IMG/VR virus record: IMGVR_UViG_3300037808_000992
Location: 1 to 64,000 of that record
Source: a virus
Direction: 5' to 3' (one strand)
DNA: 64,000 nt
In this document: positions 55,599 through 64,000 of the stretch, in pieces
How the letters are laid out: the number at the start of each line of letters is the position of its first letter
Position numbering within the stretch: position 1 is the stretch's first letter
Notes under the pieces: model-generated
The model's database searches: none
What the model saw: the letters and a program-made list of their open reading frames with translations, nothing else
Told to the model about the DNA's origin: nothing
Position numbers and translations under genes: made by a program

Positions 55599-58500
55599 AT
55601 GGCCACTTTTATTGCCATAAATGGAGTTGACGGTAGTAACGTCACGTTTGATTTTGACGGAAGTACTACAATCACGCTTACAGCCCATTCCGCTGCTGGT
55701 CCTGGACCTCTTATTGCAGCGGCAGATTGTACTTGGAGTCTTTTAGATGCACCCGCAGGGAGTGGTTTTGATTCAGCTTGGTGGGGTCCTGCTAACATAC
55801 CAGGATGGCCCAACGTTAATACTATTCCGGCTGCTGTTCCTTCTTTTATCCCTGATAAAGAAGGTACTTGGTTATTTCGATGCGCCAATGCAGACGGAAC
55901 CGCTGATCAAGTCGTCGTAGGTGTTCGTAGTAATCGCTCAGATATTCGTATTCCTGCTGCTGGAGAGACCAACGAAGCAGATGCTAATAGAGGTTGGGCT
56001 GTAGATCGAGATGAGGGACTCTATACTTTCGATGAATTGATTACAGCAGGTGGTATTCAGGTTTGTAAGTTAGCACCAGCCATGGCTGCAGTAGATGCCG
56101 GTGCGCTTCTTTCGTATACCGGTATTGATGACGTTAATCCTATTACGGGCGAATCAATACCTCGGGTAGATTTAGCCAGCACTAATACGAATCCCAATTA
56201 TGCCGGTGTTCTTAAAGGCGATATTGATGGCTCAACCGCAGGAATTGCTGCCGAGAGTTATGTTTGGGTATCTCGTTCAGGCATTGTAACCGGTGGGGCT
56301 GTCGGAACCTTAGACCTGAGTACATTTACCGTAGGTGACATTGTTTACTTAGATACGGCAGCTAATGCAGGTGATCCCTTCCGAGACACTGATTCCTTTG
56401 CTTCTGCAGTTGCTGCCTTCCCGGATGTAATGATTCCCGCAGGTATTGTCGTAGACAACGCTAATCCCGGTAAGATCCTTGTTGCTCCAGGTTTAAAATA
56501 CACAGGTGCAGCCGCTGTAAACGCTACCTTTAGATACAAAGGTATCGGTGACTTCTCCTCTTTGCGTGTAGGACGATCTGACGGACTCACTATTGCGGGT
56601 GAAGAAGACGGTACAATTGAAACTATTGCTACAGCGCAAGAGAATATCGCACAAGGTAATGTTGTTTGTATCAGTTCACTGGGCGCTTATATAGCTGACT
56701 CTAGTCGTAGTATGCGAACCGCACCTTTTCAACTTTACAGGCAGGATGGTATTTTTGGTATTGCTGTCGAAGCGGTATTAAGTGGGCAACTGGGCCATTT
56801 TACAATCTTTGGTCCGGTACCGAACGCGCTTATAACAGGCACCTTAGTTCAAGGGGATGTTTATTATGTAGGTAGCAGCACGGCCAGTAGTGCATCCGCT
56901 GGAACTTTAGTTAAAAAGGGGATTTTAGAAGATCCTACTAACTCACTAAACGCACAATATCCTATCTCCGTGCATTCCGCGCCGAACACAATGGTTCCTG
57001 TGGGGGTCTATGAAAATGGGGACATCCAAATGGGTACCATTAAAGACGACGGGCTCATTAACAAAGTTCAATCTACACAATATTATCAAGATGGGGAAAA
57101 TGTAACTTGGAACGCGAATATCTTATCTGTAGACAATGCCAATGTTTACCACCCCGCAGATGTTACTGTAAGTAACGGGTTAGCCAATGTAAATCTTCCC
57201 GATACCATTACTGATGTTTCTGCTGATCCAAGCTCATTATACGAAGCGCCTATAATGGCGGACTCTTTGTATGACATCGCTAACGATCAACTCGGCGGTA
57301 ACTCTTTTCCAGGCGGCATGGACACACCCGGCGCTCCCTTAGAGAAAGCTGTAGGTACGGGTTGGGATCCCAGTGCGTTAGCTAATACTGTTGAGTTGTT
57401 TGGATCTTTTGCCGTAGATAATAGATATAGAAACGGTACTAACCCTGTAAAAATAGTAGTTTACGGATACACAAATAATTCTGCCGTGGGTAACATTGAA
57501 GTAGATTTAATGGTTCGATTTAATGCTTGCGGACAAGCAATAGACGCCGCAACTACCACCTTATACGCACCAACGCACTTCTCCACAGCCGCCGGAACAC
57601 AAACTGCTGTCTGTTTAGAATACCCTCTCTATGAGGAGAGCGGTGGTAATCCGGCTAATTTTATAGGGGTTTTAAATCAAATATCTGGCGCGGATATTTC
57701 TTCTGTTGATTTTAGTATGGAGCGACAGGACGTAATAGACACCGGGTTTATTGTTACAAAAGTTGTTCTTGTCTCTACCTACTCCAGTATTAGTCGGTTT
57801 GAGAGTGAGCCGTATGGAGAATACGAGCATCAGGTTCCTGGTCCCGCTCTATACGACAGTTTTACAAATGCCCCTCGGGTCTCTAATCAAGCTATAGGTA
57901 CCGACAACGCTGTTGGTTTTTCCATGAGCGATGCCGTTGCTTCTGGTACGGGATTCGCGACAGGCTTTGTGCCTCTAGATGATCGGGCTTCCGTTTTTGA
58001 TATGAATGTTCGTGTAACTGGGCAATACAAAGGTAATATCCCCGCAGCCACCATCGATCTTGAATTATCCGTGCGGTTGGAATACTGCGGCAACAATTAT
58101 CCGGTATTGTTGGGCGCAGGTGATTTCCAAAGCTCAGTTAGTCTTACCCCGGCACATAATACATTATTCCCTGCAACAACGTATGATGAGCTATGTTTTG
58201 ACTTTACTATTCCGCAGGCGGTTTTTGCATTCTCTGGGATTTATGGCCCTGCTGGGATGCCCGTTTTACACTACACGCTGATTCGTCGCGGTGTTAACCC
58301 AGATCCCGTAGAGTTATTTTTTCACATTACCAATATTCAGTTTACGCAGAGCAATTCTGGTGAGGATAACGATGAAACTTATGAAAATCACTTACCCTCT
58401 GTTTTTTCAATAAACGGGGTATCTGGCAATTATAATTACACAACTGCTGGGGATGCATTAGATGATTATGGCGGCTTTAGAATGCCTTCTGGAGGTACTG

Positions 58501-59552
58501 AAACTCTTCTTGCGGCTGTAAATTTTGATGCTCGTTATAATGAACGCGATTCTATAGAAGTAACAGTTATCGGCGGTATCTCTAGCGCAGGCGCTGATGT
58601 AACTCTCGATTTTTCGTGGGAAAGTCTTTATTGCTCCGGTAGCGTTCCGGCTTTAGCTAGTTATCAGCCTCGCAAAAGAGGGGAAGTCGATACAGCAGCG
58701 TATGCCGCTGATGTACATATAACGTGCCATACCTTTTATTTAAGTGCGCATGAGGTTTGGGGGGACAACGGGATCCCTTCAGGGGCTCCTATAGACCACA
58801 ACACTTTAATGTTAAAGGTTAGCCGCGCTGATGCTTCCGGTAACCTGTACACAGTTTTAGCTATCTCCGCCCGATCTGATTCGTCAAAACGGTTTAAACC
58901 GTTTGATGGGTTTATTAATATTTCGGAAGATCGAACTACTCCCGACCGCAGTCGTTTATTAATACCTGGAGGATCGCGTCACGATCTTACAAAAGATATT
59001 CTTCTTTCGACACAACGGTATACATGGACTTATGGATTAGATGGTTCCGTGGAAGTACTTCCTGCCGCGAGTACCGCACTACAACCTGCCGGGATACCCA
59101 GTGGTTCTGCCACCACTTCAAATGACAAACCGGGGTACTTAATACCTTATAATGTGGCTATTGTGGGTGTTTTTGGGTGGCTAGAAAACGAGATTGCGGC
59201 GGGGGACGCGCTTACTGACGCTACTATTAAACTAAGTCTTTATGATGTTCCCAATAAAAATGCCGGTGTGGTTTCTAGAGACAATGAGGAAGGGGTCTAC
59301 CACTTCCCGCTTACTGTTACTATCGATGATTCGGATAATTCTTTTAGATGGACCGGTAACGAATTAAACCTTGAGGCTACAGATACCCATAATTTACCTT
59401 TGGTTTACCTACCTTCTGACTACAGTGGAGGGGTTGGTGCTTTTGTGCGTTGGTTATTGACGGTTGAATTTCATAATGACCACGCCGGAAATACTTATTG
59501 GCCACTAGGCAACGTGATGGTGGAGGTAGCCCTCCTCCCAACGGCTGAGTAA
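55599..59552 (+). CDS. large tail fibre/baseplate-attached protein, 1317 aa
   Basis: GAGG SD; PKD-like WSLLDAPAGS; RIPAAGETNE...GW; three related segments (FAVDNRY / VPLDDRA / VNFDARY). Confidence 0.65.
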   Translation: MATFIAINGVDGSNVTFDFDGSTTITLTAHSAAGPGPLIAAADCTWSLLDAPAGSGFDSAWWGPANIPGWPNVNTIPAAVPSFIPDKEGTWLFRCANADGTADQVVVGVRSNRSDIRIPAAGETNEADANRGWAVDRDEGLYTFDELITAGGIQVCKLAPAMAAVDAGALLSYTGIDDVNPITGESIPRVDLASTNTNPNYAGVLKGDIDGSTAGIAAESYVWVSRSGIVTGGAVGTLDLSTFTVGDIVYLDTAANAGDPFRDTDSFASAVAAFPDVMIPAGIVVDNANPGKILVAPGLKYTGAAAVNATFRYKGIGDFSSLRVGRSDGLTIAGEEDGTIETIATAQENIAQGNVVCISSLGAYIADSSRSMRTAPFQLYRQDGIFGIAVEAVLSGQLGHFTIFGPVPNALITGTLVQGDVYYVGSSTASSASAGTLVKKGILEDPTNSLNAQYPISVHSAPNTMVPVGVYENGDIQMGTIKDDGLINKVQSTQYYQDGENVTWNANILSVDNANVYHPADVTVSNGLANVNLPDTITDVSADPSSLYEAPIMADSLYDIANDQLGGNSFPGGMDTPGAPLEKAVGTGWDPSALANTVELFGSFAVDNRYRNGTNPVKIVVYGYTNNSAVGNIEVDLMVRFNACGQAIDAATTTLYAPTHFSTAAGTQTAVCLEYPLYEESGGNPANFIGVLNQISGADISSVDFSMERQDVIDTGFIVTKVVLVSTYSSISRFESEPYGEYEHQVPGPALYDSFTNAPRVSNQAIGTDNAVGFSMSDAVASGTGFATGFVPLDDRASVFDMNVRVTGQYKGNIPAATIDLELSVRLEYCGNNYPVLLGAGDFQSSVSLTPAHNTLFPATTYDELCFDFTIPQAVFAFSGIYGPAGMPVLHYTLIRRGVNPDPVELFFHITNIQFTQSNSGEDNDETYENHLPSVFSINGVSGNYNYTTAGDALDDYGGFRMPSGGTETLLAAVNFDARYNERDSIEVTVIGGISSAGADVTLDFSWESLYCSGSVPALASYQPRKRGEVDTAAYAADVHITCHTFYLSAHEVWGDNGIPSGAPIDHNTLMLKVSRADASGNLYTVLAISARSDSSKRFKPFDGFINISEDRTTPDRSRLLIPGGSRHDLTKDILLSTQRYTWTYGLDGSVEVLPAASTALQPAGIPSGSATTSNDKPGYLIPYNVAIVGVFGWLENEIAAGDALTDATIKLSLYDVPNKNAGVVSRDNEEGVYHFPLTVTIDDSDNSFRWTGNELNLEATDTHNLPLVYLPSDYSGGVGAFVRWLLTVEFHNDHAGNTYWPLGNVMVEVALLPTAE

Positions 59553-59555
59553 CAG

Positions 59556-60503
59556 ATGCCATCTAATTGCGCCGGTTGGGGGTTAGAGTTTTGGGGAGGG
59601 GGACCGTGGGGTTCCGCTGACTTAACTGCACCACAGATTATTAGTATAAATCCTTCTTGCGGATCTATAAATGTCGATCCTTGCCGGGTGTTTACAATTA
59701 AAGTGGCTGATATTGGGTGTGCAGGATTAGATATAAGCTGCGCGACCATTAGCATCAGCGGGCTTTTAATATTTGACGGTTCCTTAGTCCCTCCCGGCAC
59801 ACCTCCTGGCGCAGGGTTTGATGTAGGGTTTCGAGCGCCATGCGCTGGAACCAGTGCGTTTACAACAGAACTAGATCCTGTTTACGGAACGGTGTGGGTG
59901 TTTACTTTTAGCTGCGGGTGTTTTGAGTGCGGCAGTGCGCTTTTACTAGAAGCATCTTTTTGCGACCTCAACGGACATGTCACTGAACTTAAAAACTGCG
60001 GGTGGCGAACTGTAGACTGTTTCTTTATTGAAAACGTTGAAATCTTAGACAACAAGCACTTTCAATTAAATTTCTCGAACCCTGTTACAGTGGGAGAGAG
60101 ATTAAATCCGGCACTCTATGACATCAATAGCTATCGAATCACTGCTGCGGATGGCGGTTTGGTAGCCGGAACGGATGTTATTGTTAATAGTATTTTCGTA
60201 GGAAAGTCTATTACAGCTAATTACGTTATTTTAGAATTGAAGAATGCAGTTACTCCAGGAGCCATGTATGAGTTTACAGCGGCTTCCACAATTATAGATA
60301 TGCACAAACAAAATTTACGGAATATCGGTAATAATGTAGGTTTGGTGCGTCGTACTAAAGTGGATAAAGTGATTTCAAATTTACCGGAAATGTATAGTAA
60401 TTCATTTACGTCTGTGTTTGACGAGAGCTTACACTTTGTATCGCCGTACCACATTATTGCAGCCACTGCGGTTGAAGACGAAAAGATTGGGGGAGACTTC
60501 TAA
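59556..60503 (+). CDS. Cys-rich baseplate/fibre-associated protein, 315 aa
   Basis: GWG..FWGGGPWG N-terminus; Ig-like segments (FQLNFSNPV). Confidence 0.65.
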   Translation: MPSNCAGWGLEFWGGGPWGSADLTAPQIISINPSCGSINVDPCRVFTIKVADIGCAGLDISCATISISGLLIFDGSLVPPGTPPGAGFDVGFRAPCAGTSAFTTELDPVYGTVWVFTFSCGCFECGSALLLEASFCDLNGHVTELKNCGWRTVDCFFIENVEILDNKHFQLNFSNPVTVGERLNPALYDINSYRITAADGGLVAGTDVIVNSIFVGKSITANYVILELKNAVTPGAMYEFTAASTIIDMHKQNLRNIGNNVGLVRRTKVDKVISNLPEMYSNSFTSVFDESLHFVSPYHIIAATAVEDEKIGGDF

Positions 60504-63500
60504 TGGTAGACATATACCCCCCAGGAATCTCCCCTCTTCACTTGAGTTCTTTGACGCAAGATGAAGAGAGTTCGTTACGCTTTATTTATGAAAACACTCT
60601 TGTAAATTACGCACAGGATTTATACCTCGGTTTCATTAGTGCTGACGAGGGGTTAGATCGCCCTCCTGTATTCTTCGGTAACGATGACCAGTGGAGAGCT
60701 ATTCTTAGGGCCTTAGGATTTAACACGCGCCATACCCGATTGGCGCTCAAAGAAGCTTTTGAGCCCATCTTAGGCCCGATGAAAACTCAGGTGGCGGTGT
60801 TAGATAGAACAACTTACGCCGATATTAATCCGGGTGATCAATTAGTTATAACTTCTGGTGTGAATGCGGGTAGTTATGCAAGTTTTAGCATGGAGGTTCT
60901 CACCAACCAATTGCTTTTCCCCGCTGGTACTTTTGGTACAGCACCTGATCCTACTCCGTTTTCTTATAATATTGCCGGTACCCAGGGTGTTCTGTCAGCA
61001 ACGATCATTATTGATGAATTTGGTCGAGAAGTATTAATTGATGGCAGTGTAATGTTTATTAATACCCACGATAGAGATTACCTAACAAAGGTTAATGAGC
61101 GATTCGTTCAATTTGGGAAAATCCAAATTGACAAAGCTTCACCTAATACATTTCAAATGTTGGACCCTCAGCTTATCGGGGTGCTCAATACATTTCCTAT
61201 TGAAAAGTCCTTTGATATGAATTTTTATGATCGCCTAGACACCGGCATCATGAAGCTTTCTAAGCGCCCTACGGCAACTAGGCATAAATACATGCCTGTG
61301 AGCAGTACAAATTTGTCAGAGACTAGTCTTAGCGGAGCACTGACACTGACTGTAAAGGATGGGAGTGTGTTTCCGGCAGCGGCTGTTCCGGCTCCTGTGA
61401 TTAATGCCGGTGTTACTAATTTAATTATTACAACGGGTGCTGCTGCAGGCACCTATTTAATAAATGCAACATCCTCCAACACGCTAACTATTGACCCCGG
61501 TACGCCTCTTCCGCTTGGTGGTCCTTTAGATGGACTCCATTACTTTATCAATACAGGTGCCTCAGGCTCATTCGTAAGTTTTTCAGGGCGCATTACGAAC
61601 ACGACTACTTTCTTTGATCCGGCTCAGAATTTTGATGCAGTGTCGGACGCACAAAGGTTCAGTGTTTTAATTAATCGTGGTGAGCTTAATGAAGAGGTGT
61701 TGGAGGTGGAGTCTAGAGCCGCCAACGTACTCACTCTAGTAACAGATCCTAATTCCGATCCTTCTAATTTAAGATCCCTGCTTCAATTTGATCACCTAAG
61801 GCATGAAAGTATCGAACTGGCGAATTTAAACTATTCGTCTACAGGCTCTTACTTCATTTTAGATGCAGGTGGAAATACGGTTGGGACTGCAGATGTTGGG
61901 TCAACTACAACTGTTTTAGACGATGTGGGTGCAACGTTTTTAAACACCCTCACTCCTGTGTTAGACGGTCTTAACCCTGCCGATGGTTTGGCTGATGATG
62001 TAGAAATTGTTACAGATCCCTTAGGATTAAATACAGGACTTAAACGCTCTATTGTAGCTTTTGGTGGTGCAACTCAAATTACAGTAGATCCTCCGTTTCC
62101 ATCTCCTATGGCAGGTTGTACCTATCGAATAATTAAACGGTATCGAGCCACTGCTACTCCCGACAACATTCTTTATCTTGAAGACACGTCAGGATTTCCG
62201 TTGGCTAACTTCCCGGTTATCTTAGACAGGGGTGAAGAGAGCGAAGAAGTAGTCTATATCAGTGCTAACAATGTAAACCTGAATACGCTTACTATTTCAA
62301 ATAATGAGACTGGCACCGTCCTGGTCCCAGTCCCACAGGTTGCAACCACCCATGATTTTGGCATGACTGTAGAGGCTGCTCAAGTTCTATTGCCTGGTTG
62401 TGAGTGGCACATTATTGAAACTCAAGCGACGGGCGAGTTTACGATAGCCAGCAAAGAAGAGTGCGTACCTCCTGTAAACACTGCGTGGAAACTCCACCAA
62501 GACTTTCCTATTGAAAAGTCTCAATACGCTGCTGCGAGCGTAGCCGTAAACATATTGACGGGTAACGACACTATTACGCTAAGTAATATATTAACCGATT
62601 TCCATAACCCACTTGGAAACCCCTCGTACCCAGGGACAGTATTCAGCCCTATCACTATTACGGACAGTGCGGTTGGTGGAAACACGGAAACAGTATTTGC
62701 CACAGAGTTGTTTGGGTACACAACCTTAGCAGAGCAAGTTCAGGTCGATCCCCTGGTCCCTCCCACCCAAGATATAATAGTTTACGACGCCTCTGAGTTT
62801 TCTCCGGGTGATGTACTTTCTATAGAGCATTTAACGGGCGCAGCAGAAACAAGAACAATAGCAGTGGGGGGTATTGTTCAAAACGCGAATAGGACCTACA
62901 CAGTTACCTTAGCTTTGGCGCTGTTGAACGAGCATAATGTCGGGGCGACGGTTCAGTTAGGAACTCCTATTTTAAAACTCGCGCACCCTATTTTATCGAC
63001 AGGCACTCCTGCGTTTGCCGCAGCCACCACAACCGTTTTATTAACCTATCTAGATTCTGATTACAGGCACTCAAGTGCAATGCTTCCTGAGACTGCTTAC
63101 TCAGCTACAGTAGGTACAACTGTAGATACAGTGTTTCAAGACGGACATAACCTCTACCCTTCTCTTGTAGGTCAGGAAATTGAAGACACTAACGTTGGCG
63201 TCGTTCACCCCAATAAACAACGACCAATCATTAATATTAAAGGACTTACCTCAGGACTCACCGCAGGTCACCACAAAGCAGATGTAACGCCTGCATTTGC
63301 TAATCCAATCACCGGTTATAAAGTAAATTCAAGATTACAAATTGGTGATCCTTCTGAGGTAATAGGCAATCCTAAAGCAACCATCCCTGGACCCGCTATT
63401 CCGGCTAAAGACTTATTTACTGGTTCTTATATTTATCAAAAAGTAGATGACTTTCTCACTTCAGTGGATCAACCAAAAACTACCAAAACTACTTTAGCCT

Positions 63501-64000
63501 CTAGTATCGACCCTGCGTATCCCACAGCGGTGTATCGGATTCCAGCACCACAAAAGATGATTAAGTTTCCGCTTATCCCTTACTCGCCTGTCTCAGGTGG
63601 TACGACAAGCATGTTAGTAGACTTAGCGATACCTGACTTTACAAATATTTTTAATAGCCCCATACCTGCTGATGCAGTTTCAGCGGTGGGACAGACTTTA
63701 GAGATAATGGGACCTTCCAGTAGTTTAAATTATAAAAAGAAGGTTACTGTTACTTTTGCGGCAGGAAACGTTGTGTTGCTTTCCCCTCCTTTACCGGTGT
63801 CAGTAGACGCAACCCAAACCTACCGTTTGCATAGTAATTCTAATCCAGCCCTCGCGTTTGGGGCTACGGAATTTTATATTGATGATGCAAGCTTGTTCCC
63901 TATTTCTGCGCAGAATCCTTTCTCGATTGTCATTGATGATCCGAACAAACCCACCATTAAGGATGTTGTTGAGGTTGTCGGCATAGATAACATCACAGGA
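60503..64000 (+). CDS. large baseplate wedge/tail protein, more than 1166 aa, truncated by the window end (absent from ORF track)
   Basis: GGAG SD and TAATG coupling. MVDIYPPG...GLDRPPVFFGNDDQWRAILRAL resembles the gpI/gp7-type wedge N-terminus. The frame was open wherever I translated it, and the track lists no terminated ORF here. Confidence 0.8.
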   Translation, partial: MVDIYPPGISPLHLSSLTQDEESSLRFIYENTLVNYAQDLYLGFISADEGLDRPPVFFGNDDQWRAILRALGFNTRHTRLALKEAFEPILGPMKTQVAVLDRTTYADINPGDQLVITSGVNAGSYASFSMEVLTNQLLFPAGTFGTAPDPTPFSYNIAGTQGVLSATIIIDEFGREVLIDGSVMFINTHDRDYLTKVNERFVQFGKIQIDKASPNTFQMLDPQLIGVLNTFPIEKSFDMNFYDRLDTGIMKLSKRPTATRHKYMPVSSTNLSETSLSGALTLTVKDGSVFPAAAVPAPVINAGVTNLIITTGAAAGTYLINATSSNTLTIDPGTPLPLGGPLDGLHYFINTGASGSFVSFSGRITNTTTFFDPAQNFDAVSDAQRFSVLINRGELNEEVLEVESRAANVLTLVTDPNSDPSNLRSLLQFDHLRHESIELANLNYSSTGSYFILDAGGNTVGTADVGSTTTVLDDVGATFLNTLTPVLDGLNPADGLADDVEIVTDPLGLNTGLKRSIVAFGGATQITVDPPFPSPMAGCTYRIIKRYRATATPDNILYLEDTSGFPLANFPVILDRGEESEEVVYISANNVNLNTLTISNNETGTVLVPVPQVATTHDFGMTVEAAQVLLPGCEWHIIETQATGEFTIASKEECVPPVNTAWKLHQDFPIEKSQYAAASVAVNILTGNDTITLSNILTDFHNPLGNPSYPGTVFSPITITDSAVGGNTETVFATELFGYTTLAEQVQVDPLVPPTQDIIVYDASEFSPGDVLSIEHLTGAAETRTIAVGGIVQNANRTYTVTLALALLNEHNVGATVQLGTPILKLAHPILSTGTPAFAAATTTVLLTYLDSDYRHSSAMLPETAYSATVGTTVDTVFQDGHNLYPSLVGQEIEDTNVGVVHPNKQRPIINIKGLTSGLTAGHHKADVTPAFANPITGYKVNSRLQIGDPSEVIGNPKATIPGPAIPAKDLFTGSYIYQKVDDFLTSVDQPKTTKTTLASSIDPAYPTAVYRIPAPQKMIKFPLIPYSPVSGGTTSMLVDLAIPDFTNIFNSPIPADAVSAVGQTLEIMGPSSSLNYKKKVTVTFAAGNVVLLSPPLPVSVDATQTYRLHSNSNPALAFGATEFYIDDASLFPISAQNPFSIVIDDPNKPTIKDVVEVVGIDNITG

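Noticed and set aside
2-62721. Numerous minus-strand and alternate-frame ORFs in the track (e.g. 1952-2593, 29235-29822, 23505-24107, 21070-21546)
   Set aside because: They overlap plus-strand genes, lack recognisable motifs and read as antisense or off-frame shadows.
1-64000. Genome-wide TGA reassignment (code 4 or 25) as the explanation for the in-frame TGAs
   Set aside because: Very long ORFs (3791, 1317 and 1053 aa) contain no TGA, and TGA serves as a coupled stop (ATGA or TGATG) at 35572, 37270, 38082 and 51677. Any recoding must be site-specific.

Overview
This window is a gene-dense, entirely plus-strand virion morphogenesis region of a large contractile-tailed (myovirus) phage. Gene order and sequence motifs resemble SPO1/Twort-like (Herelleviridae-type) heads and necks. 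Recognisable core genes are portal (17753), prohead protease (25517), two paralogous scaffold-like proteins, major capsid protein (27788), neck/tail-completion genes, tail sheath (38927), tail tube (43322), a tail assembly chaperone pair, a short tape-measure-like protein, baseplate hub, spike, a gp25-like fusion, baseplate J and large wedge/fibre proteins. The last ORF runs off the end, and no terminase is visible. Unusual points: (1) two genes missed or truncated by the ORF track carry a single in-frame TGA (990 and 1938). Each TGA lies in a Cys context and is followed at bacterial-SECIS spacing by a hairpin with a GGU apical loop, so these are candidate phage-encoded selenoproteins. (2) About 23 kb around the portal holds about a dozen mostly Lys/Pro/Gly-rich genes, each carrying the same hydrophobic-x-Lys-[Ser/Ala/Gly] motif seen in the scaffolds and at the capsid maturation site, suggesting a protease-tagged head cargo set. 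(3) One of these is a 3791-aa polyvalent protein with ART-like, DdrB-ParB-like and GNAT domains. (4) There is a likely +1 frameshift in the tail chaperones and a structured leader that can pair with the tail-tube ribosome-binding site. All assignments come from reading motifs by eye; no database searches were run.
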